Part shown: one piece after another, positions 17,797 through 26,843 of the stretch | How positions within the stretch are numbered: position 1 is the first letter of the stretch | How the letters are laid out: each line of letters opens with the position of its first letter | Source of the DNA: an uncultured Flavobacteriales bacterium | GTDB lineage: Bacteria > Bacteroidota > Bacteroidia > Flavobacteriales_D > Sanyastnellaceae | Direction: 5' to 3' | NCBI GenBank assembly: GCA_965658045.1 | Contig: CBFHQO010000024.1 | Location: 15,134-79,133, forward strand | DNA: 64,000 nucleotides | Translations under genes and position numbers: made by a program | Notes under the pieces: generated by a model | What the model saw: only the letters and a program-made list of their open reading frames with translations | Database searches by the model: none | What the model was told of the DNA's origin: nothing

Positions 17797-18411
17797 TTAA
17801 ATGCTTGTTTCTGCAAGGGCAGATTCAAGCCGTTCGATGATTCCTTCCACGCTCTTGGCCACGGCTGTGTCCGGAGCGAGAGGAAGGTAAGATTTGTATT
17901 CAGTCAGGGCGAGGTCGGGTTTCTCCATGGCTTCGAGGCATCGCGCCTTGAAGAACCGGCCGTTGACGTAAAGTTCGTCAGCAGACACGCAAAGGTCAAA
18001 TCCTTCCACGGCGTCTTCGAGGAACCCTTCTTCCATGTCCAGCATGGCGCGTTCCCAATAGGCCTCCACACGGTCAGGTGCCGCGTCGATGACCTGGTTG
18101 AATCGCTCGCGGGCTTTGTCCAATTGACCGCTCTGAACGCTGAAGCGGCCGAGCCACATCACGGCGTCCAGGTTGGGCGGGGTGGATTCGGCCAATTGAC
18201 GGAGTTCGAGGATGCCCTCCATGGGGTTCTCGCCGCTCACTTTGGCCACAGCCACGTCCACAGGATCGGTCCCGATGTCTTCCAACGCGACTCCATTCTC
18301 CAAAGGCAACGCAGGCTCAGACGAGCCGGGTGTCCTGGGCATCAACACAAGTCCCAACGCCAATGCACCCGCACCGGCAATCAAGACCCACGATGATTTG
18401 GAAATCGCCAT
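17797..18411 (-). CDS. membrane-anchored TPR-like repeat protein
   Basis: N-terminal anchor WVLIAGAGALALGLVL followed by helical repeat sequence (LDKARERFNQVIDAAPDRVEAYWERAMLDMEEG...). Confidence 0.7.
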   Translation of the reverse strand: MAISKSSWVLIAGAGALALGLVLMPRTPGSSEPALPLENGVALEDIGTDPVDVAVAKVSGENPMEGILELRQLAESTPPNLDAVMWLGRFSVQSGQLDKARERFNQVIDAAPDRVEAYWERAMLDMEEGFLEDAVEGFDLCVSADELYVNGRFFKARCLEAMEKPDLALTEYKSYLPLAPDTAVAKSVEGIIERLESALAETSI

Positions 18412-18423
18412 CAGGACGCCTTC

Positions 18424-18714
18424 TTACTTGACCTTCACGTTCGCCTTCACGTTGTCCAAGAAATCACGGCTTGGCTTGAATGAAGGGATGTTGTGGGCGG
18501 GGATTTGGATGGACTTCTTCGCGAGGATGTTGCGGCCGGTCTTGGCGGCACGCGTCTTCACGACGAAGCTTCCGAAGCCACGCAGGTACACGTTGTTGCC
18601 GTTCTCCAAGTTGTTGCGGACAGCGCGCATGAACGCTTCCACTGTCACTTGAATGTCTCCTTTTTCCATTCCGGTTTGTTCCGAAATCTGGCTAACGATG
18701 TCTGCCTTGGTCAT
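18424..18714 (-). CDS. HU-family DNA-binding protein
   Basis: 96 aa. MTKADIVSQISEQTGMEKGDIQVTVEAFMRAV...LRGFGSFVVKTRAAKTGRN...IPAHNIPSFKPS is canonical HU/IHF. Confidence 0.93.
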   Translation of the reverse strand: MTKADIVSQISEQTGMEKGDIQVTVEAFMRAVRNNLENGNNVYLRGFGSFVVKTRAAKTGRNILAKKSIQIPAHNIPSFKPSRDFLDNVKANVKVK

Positions 18715-18798
18715 GGGTCGAGAGGGGGATGTTGTTTGAATTCAATGAAGTAGACCTCGGGCGGGGCCCTTGGTTTTCGGGGTGCGAAAATACACCCA

Positions 18799-18806
18799 TA
18801 CCTTTG
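18799..18806 (+). promoter_or_regulatory. candidate -7 promoter box TACCTTTG upstream of mutY
   Basis: Exact TAnnTTTG match 8 nt before ATG 18815, which would imply a very short leader. It is the same octamer as the tRNA-Leu promoter. Confidence 0.3.
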
Positions 18807-18814
18807 GAAACGAC

Positions 18815-19885
18815 ATGAGTAAGGGGGGTTTTCTGCAAAAAAATTGGCACCAAACGGACGCCGAACGCGCTCGGCAGTCCTTGTCCAAGTGGTATGCAAG
18901 CGACGCGAGGGACCTCCCTTGGCGTCTGACCCCCAGCCTCTACGGGACATGGCTCAGTGAAATCATGCTCCAGCAAACCCGCGTAGACACAGGCATTCCC
19001 AAGTGGCACCTCTTTCTGGACTTGTTCCCGACGGTGGACGATTTGGCCCAAGCCTCTGAGGCCGACGTGATGAAGGCTTGGGAAGGGCTGGGGTACTACC
19101 GCCGTGCCAGGTTGCTTCACAAGGCCGCGAAGGTCGTTGCCGCCCGCGGGGCCTTCCCCGAAAGTCGGGAGGACTGGCTCGCCTTGCCCGGTGTGGGGCC
19201 TTACACGTCGGCCGCCATCGCCTCCATCGGTTTGGGCGAGGCCGTGGCTGCAGTCGACGGCAACGTTCAACGGGTGTTGAGCCGGTGGGGCGGAGTGACT
19301 GAACCCGTGGACGGCAAGCTTGGCGCCCAAGCCATTCAAGAGGTGGCCGACGCGTGGCTCGACCACGAGCGTCCAGGCGACCACAACCAAGCTGTGATGG
19401 AGTTGGGCGCATTGGTGTGCTCGCCGAAGCAGCCTCGATGCGCCGATTGCCCTGTGCGGTCCACCTGCGCCTCCGCCGACACCCCTGAGATGTGGTCTGT
19501 CTTGCCGAACAAAACGCCCAAGCGCAAGGCTGTCCGCTGGGACCTCACATGGCACGTCGCGCACCACGGCAACCAGGTGGTGGCCATCCAACGCCCCGAC
19601 ACCGGGGTGTGGGCCACCCTTTGGGCGTTTCCGGAGCAGGCTCCAACCGGCTCTGCGTCCCCCAGCCGGACGCTGATTCCTGAAGTGATGCATGTGTTGA
19701 CGCACAAGCGGATTCACGCACGCATGGAAGGTACGTCAATGCCTTCAGCACAATCCCTCCACGCCTGGGCCCAGGAGGTGAACGGCGTGGTGATGACCTG
19801 GGAGGAATGCGAAGCCAAGGCCTGGCCCAGGTTGGCGACCAAGGTTTGGCCTGAATTGAAGGCCGCGTGCATGGCGCGCAACTGA
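18815..19885 (+). CDS. mutY: A/G-specific adenine DNA glycosylase MutY
   Basis: [24 protein letters not shown], Hh[10 protein letters not shown], Fe-S cluster Cys C-x6-C-x2-C-x5-C ([17 protein letters not shown]), and a C-terminal NUDIX-like domain. Confidence 0.92.
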   Translation: MSKGGFLQKNWHQTDAERARQSLSKWYASDARDLPWRLTPSLYGTWLSEIMLQQTRVDTGIPKWHLFLDLFPTVDDLAQASEADVMKAWEGLGYYRRARLLHKAAKVVAARGAFPESREDWLALPGVGPYTSAAIASIGLGEAVAAVDGNVQRVLSRWGGVTEPVDGKLGAQAIQEVADAWLDHERPGDHNQAVMELGALVCSPKQPRCADCPVRSTCASADTPEMWSVLPNKTPKRKAVRWDLTWHVAHHGNQVVAIQRPDTGVWATLWAFPEQAPTGSASPSRTLIPEVMHVLTHKRIHARMEGTSMPSAQSLHAWAQEVNGVVMTWEECEAKAWPRLATKVWPELKAACMARN

Positions 19886-19908
19886 GGCGGAAGAAGTACC
19901 TTCGAAGC

Positions 19909-20388
19909 ATGGCTGGCATCAACAAAGTGATCCTTGTGGGCAACCTCGGGCAAAACCCCGAACTGCGCTACACCCCCAACGGCGTGGCCGTGTGCTCCCT
20001 CCGCGTGGCAACGTCTGAATCGTACACCGACCGCGCCTCGGGCGAACGCATCACCAACACCGAATGGCACAACGTGGTGCTTTGGCGCGGGCTGGCTGAA
20101 ACCGCCGGCAAATACCTCAAAACCGGATCCCAGGTGTACCTCGAAGGCAAGCTCAAAACACGCCAGTGGCAGGACCAGCAGGGCCAAAACCGCTACACGA
20201 CAGAGGTCGTGGCCGACGTGATGCAATTGTTGGGGCGCGCCCCGGGGCGCGACGACAACGCCCCGCAGGCCTCCGCACCTGCTGCCGCTCAACCTGCCGC
20301 AGCGCAACCTGCGGCGGCGCAACACGCGCAGCCAGCTCCTGCAAGTCCGAGTGCTGCACCCGGCACGGCCGACGACCTGCCTTTCTGA
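19909..20388 (+). CDS. ssb: single-stranded DNA-binding protein
   Basis: [37 protein letters not shown]...[11 protein letters not shown] fold, a low-complexity linker and the acidic tail DDLPF. Confidence 0.95.
   Translation: MAGINKVILVGNLGQNPELRYTPNGVAVCSLRVATSESYTDRASGERITNTEWHNVVLWRGLAETAGKYLKTGSQVYLEGKLKTRQWQDQQGQNRYTTEVVADVMQLLGRAPGRDDNAPQASAPAAAQPAAAQPAAAQHAQPAPASPSAAPGTADDLPF
20281..20325 (+). repeat. 3 x 15-nt imperfect tandem repeat inside ssb linker ([15 protein letters not shown])
   Basis: gctgccgctcaacct / gccgcagcgcaacct / gcggcggcgcaacac. The units differ mostly at synonymous Ala codon positions. Confidence 0.8.
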
Positions 20389-20403
20389 ACCGAAGCCTGC
20401 TGA

Positions 20404-21744
20404 ATGGAGAGTGAACCTTTGTTGAGCGCTTGGGCTGAACATGGCTGGTCGATGTTGACCGTGTTCGTCCTCCTCGTGCTGTCGGCCCTGGTGTCCGGGT
20501 CTGAAGTGGCGTTTTTCAATTTGTCGCCGCAAGCGCTGCACGACCTTGAACAAGATGACAACCCCAGGTCCCAAAAAGTCCTGGACCTCATGCGTTCCCC
20601 CAACAACGTGGACGGACCGCGCAACCTGCTGGGCACCATCCTGGTGATCAACAACCTGGTGAACGTCTCCATCGTCTTGATCGCGACGGTCTTGGCGGAA
20701 CAATTGTTTCCAAGCGACGCGATGCCGCTGTGGCTCGGCACGTTGATCCACGTGGTGGGTGTCACCTTTTTGTTGGTGCTCTTTGGAGAGGTCATCCCCA
20801 AGATTTACGCCACGTCGTTTGGCGTGGATTTGGCCAAACTCATGGCCGCTCCCCTCTTGCTCTCTCAACAAGTGCTCCGCCCCATTTGGAATCCCTTGGT
20901 CAGCATGGGGCGTTGGATGGACAACAAACTCGCCAACCCTGCCGCAGACATCAGCGTGGAAGACCTCGAGCAGGCGTTGGAATTGACCGACAACGCGGAG
21001 CGGTCGGAAGAAGAGCAACGCATTCTGGAAGGCATCGTGAACTTCGGCTCCAAGGACGCCAAACAGGTCATGACCCCAAGGACGGACATGCTGTCGTTCA
21101 GCATTGACGACACGTGGGAACACGTTAGGGCCACCATCGTCGCTTCCGGGTTCAGCCGCATCCCAGTCCACGGAGGCTCCGTCGACCAAATCCAAGGGGT
21201 GTTGCACGTGAAAGACCTGTTGCCTCGGCTCCAAGACGATGCCGTGGCGTGGACGGAAGTCCTGCGCGCCCCGATGTACATCCCGGAGAGCAAGAAAATC
21301 GACGACCTCTTGAGGGAGTTTCAAGAAAAGAAAATCCACCTCGCCGTCGTGGTTGACGAGTATGGGGGCACCAGCGGCCTCGTGACGTTGGAGGATGTCC
21401 TGGAAGAAATTGTGGGAGAGATCGCCGACGAGTTCGACGAGGAAGACATCACCCACTCCGTGCTGGACGAATTCACCTATTTGATGGAGGCCAAAACGCC
21501 GTTGCTTGACGCGTACCGCATCTTGCAACTTGACGAAGAGGTGTGGGAAGCGGCCAAAGGCGAAAGCGACACCCTCGGCGGGTTCATGCTGGAACAAGCC
21601 GGCCGCATGCTGAAGCGCGGCGAGTCCATTGAATTCGCAGGCACGGTGTTGCACGTCGACGCCCGCGACGCCCGGCGCATCCACCGCATCAAAGTGGTCT
21701 TGTCCCCTTCCTCCGACGAGCCAACCTCAGATTCTGAAGCGTGA
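20404..21744 (+). CDS. gldE: gliding motility protein GldE (CNNM/DUF21 + CBS pair + CorC_HlyC)
   Basis: DUF21 membrane domain, CBS pair and CorC/HlyC C-terminal domain. It lies immediately upstream of a GldD-like gene and downstream of mutY-ssb, as in Flavobacterium johnsoniae. Confidence 0.85.
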   Translation: MESEPLLSAWAEHGWSMLTVFVLLVLSALVSGSEVAFFNLSPQALHDLEQDDNPRSQKVLDLMRSPNNVDGPRNLLGTILVINNLVNVSIVLIATVLAEQLFPSDAMPLWLGTLIHVVGVTFLLVLFGEVIPKIYATSFGVDLAKLMAAPLLLSQQVLRPIWNPLVSMGRWMDNKLANPAADISVEDLEQALELTDNAERSEEEQRILEGIVNFGSKDAKQVMTPRTDMLSFSIDDTWEHVRATIVASGFSRIPVHGGSVDQIQGVLHVKDLLPRLQDDAVAWTEVLRAPMYIPESKKIDDLLREFQEKKIHLAVVVDEYGGTSGLVTLEDVLEEIVGEIADEFDEEDITHSVLDEFTYLMEAKTPLLDAYRILQLDEEVWEAAKGESDTLGGFMLEQAGRMLKRGESIEFAGTVLHVDARDARRIHRIKVVLSPSSDEPTSDSEA

Positions 21745-22328
21745 AGACACGACCGAAAATTTGGCCCTGGCTTGTGGCAATGGCGATCGTGGTCGCCGCT
21801 GGGCTTTGGTGGATCAAACCTGAACATGTCGGAGTGCCCAGGCCTTTTGGACACATCCGAATTGCCCTCCCCGACACGGCCACTTCCTCCTACACGACGC
21901 CTTGTGGGGGCCAATTCCGCATCCCCAACCACGCCAAGGTGGAGCTGAGAAACCTGCCGGAGGAGGACGGTTGCTGGTTCAATGTATCCTTCCCGAGGTT
22001 CAACGCGAAACTCCATTGCACCGAAGTGCCTGTCACCGATTTGGGGGCCTTGTTGAACGACGCCCAGTCGCTGGTGTTTGGCCATGAGGTGGCCGCCACC
22101 GGCATCCGACGTCAGGCCTTGGACCTCCCTTCCAAAAGTGGCATGCTCTACGCGTTGGAAGGACCGGTGGCCACCCCCCTGCAATTCTTCGTGACCGACA
22201 GCGTCGACCATTTCATGCGGGGTTCGCTGTATTTCAGCCACAAGCCCAACCCAGACAGCGTGGCGCCTGTCCTTCAGCGCCTCGAGACCGACGTTCGCAT
22301 CATGATGGAAAGCATGCAATGGCCATGA
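21741..22328 (+). CDS. gldD: gliding motility protein GldD
   Basis: 195 aa with an N-terminal anchor. The GTGA overlap with the gldE stop and the gldE-gldD order are conserved. The translation (FGHIRIALPD...NVSFPRFNAKLHCTEV...LYFSHKPNPDSVAPV) resembles the GldD family; this is from memory and not searched. Confidence 0.75.
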   Translation: MKTRPKIWPWLVAMAIVVAAGLWWIKPEHVGVPRPFGHIRIALPDTATSSYTTPCGGQFRIPNHAKVELRNLPEEDGCWFNVSFPRFNAKLHCTEVPVTDLGALLNDAQSLVFGHEVAATGIRRQALDLPSKSGMLYALEGPVATPLQFFVTDSVDHFMRGSLYFSHKPNPDSVAPVLQRLETDVRIMMESMQWP

Positions 22329-23095
22329 GCACTTGGATTCTTGAAGTGGGCAACTCCCGGGCCAAATGGGCGCAATTTTCCGCCGAGGCGTCCCCCCACG
22401 ACGATCCGCTCTCTGTGCAGGTGTTCCCCCTTGAGGGAGCCCTGCCCGACTCCTCCGCAAAAGCCTGGACCCAGGACATCGCCACGGGAGACCACGTGGT
22501 GGTCACCGGATCCGGCAATTTGGACCCTTGGGTCGAGACGCTTCGCCCCACCAGGGTGTTTCGCCCCGGCGACGCCGTCCCCCTTCTCACAAACGTGACG
22601 GAACCTGGCAAGCTGGGGCTGGACCGTGTTGCGAACGCCTGGGCCGTGGCCTCAGGCTGCGTGCCCGAGGCTGACCCGTCCATGTCTTGGTTGGTGGTGG
22701 ATGCTGGCACGTGCGTGACCGTGGACCTTGTGTGCGGGGGACGTCACATGGGCGGTTCCATCGCGCCAGGCATTCGAATGAGGCTTGACGCCATGCACGC
22801 GCACACGCATGCGCTTCCTTGGGTCCAGGACCCCGTGTCGGCGATGGGCGACGTACCCATCGTGGGAACCAACACCAAGGAGGCCATGGTCTCAGGGGCC
22901 TTTCACAGCCTCGGCGCCGAGTTGACGGGAATGTGGATGCGCTTGAGGGACGAGTTCCCAAATCTTGGCATCATTCTGACCGGCGGAGACGCCCAGCACT
23001 TGCAACTCCGTGCGGTCTCCCCGAGATTCGCGGACGCAAATTTGACCCTGAAGGGCCACCATGCATTGCACAAACACCTCCATGACACGCACTGA
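22319..23095 (+). CDS. coaX: type III pantothenate kinase
   Basis: ILEVGNSRAKW, VVDAGTCVTVD, GGSIAPGIRMRLDAM, VGTNTKEAMVSG and ILTGGDA are CoaX motifs. The alternative ATG 22325 gives an ATGA overlap with gldD. Confidence 0.9.
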   Translation: MAMSTWILEVGNSRAKWAQFSAEASPHDDPLSVQVFPLEGALPDSSAKAWTQDIATGDHVVVTGSGNLDPWVETLRPTRVFRPGDAVPLLTNVTEPGKLGLDRVANAWAVASGCVPEADPSMSWLVVDAGTCVTVDLVCGGRHMGGSIAPGIRMRLDAMHAHTHALPWVQDPVSAMGDVPIVGTNTKEAMVSGAFHSLGAELTGMWMRLRDEFPNLGIILTGGDAQHLQLRAVSPRFADANLTLKGHHALHKHLHDTH

Positions 23096-23114
23096 ATCCC
23101 AGTTTGTTTCCCTG

Positions 23115-24506
23115 ATGCAATGGGCCTTGGGGAGCGTCTGCATGTGGGGGATGGCCCTTGGCATGTGGGGGCAAGAGACCGACTTCAGCCCCTACGCCCG
23201 TTTTGGGTTGGGCACGCACCAAGGGTTGTTGAGCCCAGGGCTTGCCAGCACGGTCGGCCTGGTGTCGGTGACGCCTGACAACGTCTTTTTGCACGCCGAT
23301 CAACCCGCCTCAGCTGCAGGATTGGCCAACCCCACCTTCCAGGTGTCGGCACACAGCCAACGGATGCACCTCAGCGAGGGTGAACGCACCTCCAACGCAT
23401 GGACTGGCGGACCCGGCAACATGGGGTTGGTGGTGAAAAAACCCCGTTCGAACAGTGCTTTGAGTTTGGGGTTGACCCCGTTGACGTCCAAGGCATTTTC
23501 TGTCCAACGCGTGGCGGAGGACAGCCTGGTGGGGAACTTGCTTGAGCGCTACGAAGGAACCGGAGGTGTGGCCCGTGCCCACGCAGGATTGAGTCACGGA
23601 TGGCGCGGCAAAACGTGGATTCAGGCTGGCGGAGACAGTGTGTTGGTGACCCACCGTGGCTTGGACGTGGGGGCGCAGGTTGACCACTGGTTTGGGGACG
23701 CCCGCCAAATCTCCACCCTTGACTTGGAGGATGCCTCCTTCAGGGACGTCCAAACTGTCACCTCCTTCCGCCACCGCGCAGCAGGTTGGATTCTCGGGGC
23801 CCAGGGGTTCCAAGTACTCCAGGCGAAATACGACGAGAACAAACAATTCAAGGGCAGTTGGGTGATGAGGTTTGGCGGCACGTACAGCCCGGCCAGGACG
23901 CTCAACACCGACTACGAGCGCCTCGTGCAGTCCACCCTGCCGCTGGGCGGCGTGACCACGGGCATCGACACCACGAGCTTCGAACAATCTGAACGCTCGG
24001 GCACCGTGCCCCAGAAATGGACGTTGGGTGGCGGCATCCAACGCGACGGCGCCACAGGAAATCGACTCGGCATCTTCGTGGACGTGCACGGCCAAGATTG
24101 GTCGGAGGCCAACGCCACGTTGGGGCACCTGATGGATGGGGCAGGCTCTTGGGGCGACGCGCGGTCCAAGTCGTTGGCGGTGGTTTGGACCCCTGCGAGA
24201 AAACCTGGGAAAGTCAACCGCCCGACCTACCGCATGGGCATCAACACCTCCACATTGCCTTTGCGCATCTCCACGCAATACGGAGCTGCCCCTGTGGCGT
24301 TGGAAGAATGGCGGGTGAGTGCCGGCGTGAACAAGCCCTTGTCCGGAAGCCGCAGTGCGAGCCAATTGCACTTTGGCATGGACTTTGGCAGTCGGTACAC
24401 TGAACTCGAAACCCTTCACACTGAAACCAACCTCCGCATCCATGTGGGCGTCACCTTGACCCCCTTCGTGAAGAACCTTTGGCTGACGCCTCGGTTGTAC
24501 GATTGA
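23115..24506 (+). CDS. uncharacterised secreted / outer-membrane-like protein
   Basis: Signal-like MQWALGSVCMWGMALGMWG|QETD, then a Gly/Thr/Ser-rich sequence with many short alternating stretches. I recognise no family. The start was chosen downstream of the coaX stop; the track start is 23061. Confidence 0.55.
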   Translation: MQWALGSVCMWGMALGMWGQETDFSPYARFGLGTHQGLLSPGLASTVGLVSVTPDNVFLHADQPASAAGLANPTFQVSAHSQRMHLSEGERTSNAWTGGPGNMGLVVKKPRSNSALSLGLTPLTSKAFSVQRVAEDSLVGNLLERYEGTGGVARAHAGLSHGWRGKTWIQAGGDSVLVTHRGLDVGAQVDHWFGDARQISTLDLEDASFRDVQTVTSFRHRAAGWILGAQGFQVLQAKYDENKQFKGSWVMRFGGTYSPARTLNTDYERLVQSTLPLGGVTTGIDTTSFEQSERSGTVPQKWTLGGGIQRDGATGNRLGIFVDVHGQDWSEANATLGHLMDGAGSWGDARSKSLAVVWTPARKPGKVNRPTYRMGINTSTLPLRISTQYGAAPVALEEWRVSAGVNKPLSGSRSASQLHFGMDFGSRYTELETLHTETNLRIHVGVTLTPFVKNLWLTPRLYD

Positions 24507-24534
24507 TGCACACGAACCTGCACAACCTCAGACC

Positions 24535-25932
24535 ATGAAACTCTCTTCCATCCTTTTGTCCGCGGGCTTGATGCTGTTGGCCCCGTTGGCCTCCCAAGCT
24601 CAGAACGACAGCAAATACGGTGAAACCGAGGAGCAGCAGCTGCTCTGCAAAGAAGCCTTGAGCGTCTACAAGTCGTACAAGAAGCAGAAGAACTACGACG
24701 AAGCCTACATCCAATGGCGGAAGGCGTGTGAAGTCTGCCCAGAGACGGCCAGCGAAGGGTTGTACGCAGACGGCACGTCGTTCATCGGCAAGGAGCTCAA
24801 AAAGGTGGACGCCGAGGACCCTCGTCACGCTGTGCTCGTCGACAGCCTGTTGTACCTCCACGACAAGCGAATGGAGTTGTACCCCAGCACCAAGCGCAGC
24901 CCCAACAACCGTTGCGTCGTGCTTGGACGCAAAGCCACCGACTTCTACAAGTACAACAAAAACGCCCACCAAGAGGCTTACACCATGTTCAAGGAAAGCC
25001 TGGACTGCTTGGGCGACGAGGCCTCTGCCACCACATTGTACCAGTACTACACGGCCAGCTTCTATACCATGAAGCGGTCGCTCAAAGGCGACACATTGGC
25101 CCAAAACAACATGCGGGCCCAGATGCTGACCGACTACTTGAACCTCGTCGACTACGTCGAGGCGGGCGTGGCGCGCGCGACCGAGGCTGGCAAGGAGCGT
25201 GATTTGAAGCGTTATGAGAAGGCCAAGAAGAACATCGAAACGGTGTTCGTGGCGATTGCAGATTGCGACGACATGGTGCCTGTGCTCGCGACAGCTGTGG
25301 CCGCGGATTCCAGCAACATGGAATTGAAGCAAAAGGTCTTGCGTTTGTTGAACAAGAAAGAGTGCACCGACAACAACCTCTTCTTGCCTGTGGCCACGTC
25401 GGTCTACAGCGTGGAGCCGTCAGCACCGGCGGCCTTTGCCATCGGCATCGGCTTTGCCAAGTCCAGCCAGCTCGACTCGAGCTTCGCGTACATGGAAGAC
25501 GCCGTGGAGCGTTGTGGCGACTGCAGCGACAAGTTGACCTACCTCTTGAAGACCGGTCAAATCGCCAGCGCCCTGGGACGCAGCACCACGGCCAAGTCTT
25601 ACGCCCGCAAGGTGTTGGACCTCGACGCCGAGAACGGCGACGCGTACATGCTCATTGGAGATGCCATTGCCGGAAGCTCCAGCGCATGCAACGATGGCGC
25701 GTTGGGCAGCCGCTCCGTGTACTGGGTGGCCAGCGACTACTACGCGAGGGCCAAGCGCTTGAACGAAGAGCTCGCTGAAAAGGCAGGAAAGAAGATGGCC
25801 AACATGGCCAAGCAATTCCCCACGGTGGACGACATCTTCACCTACGGCAAGCAGGCGGGCGGTTCCTTCACGGTGCCCTCCAAGCCAGGTTGCCCATGTT
25901 CAGGTGAAACCACCACCATTCGGGTACGCTAA
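24535..25932 (+). CDS. secreted TPR-like helical repeat protein
   Basis: Signal peptide MKLSSILLSAGLMLLAPLASQA|Q followed by helical repeats. It lies upstream of lptC, as is common in Flavobacteriia. Confidence 0.75.
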   Translation: MKLSSILLSAGLMLLAPLASQAQNDSKYGETEEQQLLCKEALSVYKSYKKQKNYDEAYIQWRKACEVCPETASEGLYADGTSFIGKELKKVDAEDPRHAVLVDSLLYLHDKRMELYPSTKRSPNNRCVVLGRKATDFYKYNKNAHQEAYTMFKESLDCLGDEASATTLYQYYTASFYTMKRSLKGDTLAQNNMRAQMLTDYLNLVDYVEAGVARATEAGKERDLKRYEKAKKNIETVFVAIADCDDMVPVLATAVAADSSNMELKQKVLRLLNKKECTDNNLFLPVATSVYSVEPSAPAAFAIGIGFAKSSQLDSSFAYMEDAVERCGDCSDKLTYLLKTGQIASALGRSTTAKSYARKVLDLDAENGDAYMLIGDAIAGSSSACNDGALGSRSVYWVASDYYARAKRLNEELAEKAGKKMANMAKQFPTVDDIFTYGKQAGGSFTVPSKPGCPCSGETTTIRVR

Positions 25933-25937
25933 GGGAC

Positions 25938-26570
25938 ATGTCCCTGACCCCGAGATTGACAACCAGCCGTCCAGCCCTGTGGGCTCGGGCGGCTGTTGTG
26001 TTCTTGGGGGTGGGCACGTGGGTGGGATGCCACTCCACCCCAGCTCGGGATTCTTCGGGCGAAGCGAGGGAGTCAGGGTCGCCCGACATCCTCCGAGAAG
26101 GCGCCCCCATCCAAGTGGTCGAGCAAGGCTACTTCGAATACACTGAACGGGGAAAGCTGGTTCAATCCCTGGAAGCCAACAGGCTCGAACGCTGGGACAA
26201 CCCCGAAGGCGAAGGAAAAAGCAACCAAGAAAACGCACCCCTGTGGCAGGTGTCGGAGGGATTCACCCTCTTCATTGGCGGCAACCGGAACCGCCATGCC
26301 GCAACCCTTCAAGCCGACCGCGGCACGTACAACGACCAAGCTGGCCGCTTGGAAGCGTGGGACAACGTCGTGCTGGTGAACAACAAAGGTGAACGACTCG
26401 AAACCGAACACCTGGTGTGGTCGCACGATTCCGATCTGGTCTACACCCAGCGTCCTGTCTCCATCGAAACCGCCCAAGGCTTGCTGCGGGGCCGAGGCCT
26501 TCGGTCCGACAGCCGGTTTGAGCGTTACGAAATCTTGAACCCCACGGGGTCGTTTGAAGTCGGGAACTGA
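25938..26570 (+). CDS. lptC: LPS export periplasmic protein LptC-like
   Basis: N-terminal anchor plus an OstA/LptC-like beta-jellyroll sequence (ATLQADRGTYNDQAGRLEAWDNVVLVNNKGERLETEHLVWSHDSDLVYT...GRGLRSD). Confidence 0.72.
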   Translation: MSLTPRLTTSRPALWARAAVVFLGVGTWVGCHSTPARDSSGEARESGSPDILREGAPIQVVEQGYFEYTERGKLVQSLEANRLERWDNPEGEGKSNQENAPLWQVSEGFTLFIGGNRNRHAATLQADRGTYNDQAGRLEAWDNVVLVNNKGERLETEHLVWSHDSDLVYTQRPVSIETAQGLLRGRGLRSDSRFERYEILNPTGSFEVGN

Positions 26571-26599
26571 CTTTCCTCCTGTTGCCCGACATTCGCATC

Positions 26600-26821
26600 A
26601 TGTCTGACCCTCAACCCGTCGAACAAACGCTTCCGTACAAGACGGCACGTGCCGCCGAGTGGTTCTGGCTTGTGGCCTCCATCGTGGGCACGCTCTACGT
26701 CGGCTGGCTTTGGATGAGCGCCGACACGCCGGCGTGGTCCATGGGGTTGTTTCCCTGCATTTCGTGGCTTTGGTACGGCGTTCGACGAATCTTCCGTTTG
26801 CGCATGACGTCGTCCAATTGA
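26600..26821 (+). CDS. small two-TM membrane protein (73 aa), hypothetical
   Basis: ATG 26600. Two hydrophobic, Trp-rich helices (WFWLVASIVGTLYVGWLWM, MGLFPCISWLWYGV). It lies between lptC and the CNNM gene on the same strand. Confidence 0.45.
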   Translation: MSDPQPVEQTLPYKTARAAEWFWLVASIVGTLYVGWLWMSADTPAWSMGLFPCISWLWYGVRRIFRLRMTSSN

Positions 26822-26843
26822 CGTCGGTCGTATCTTTCCTTTC

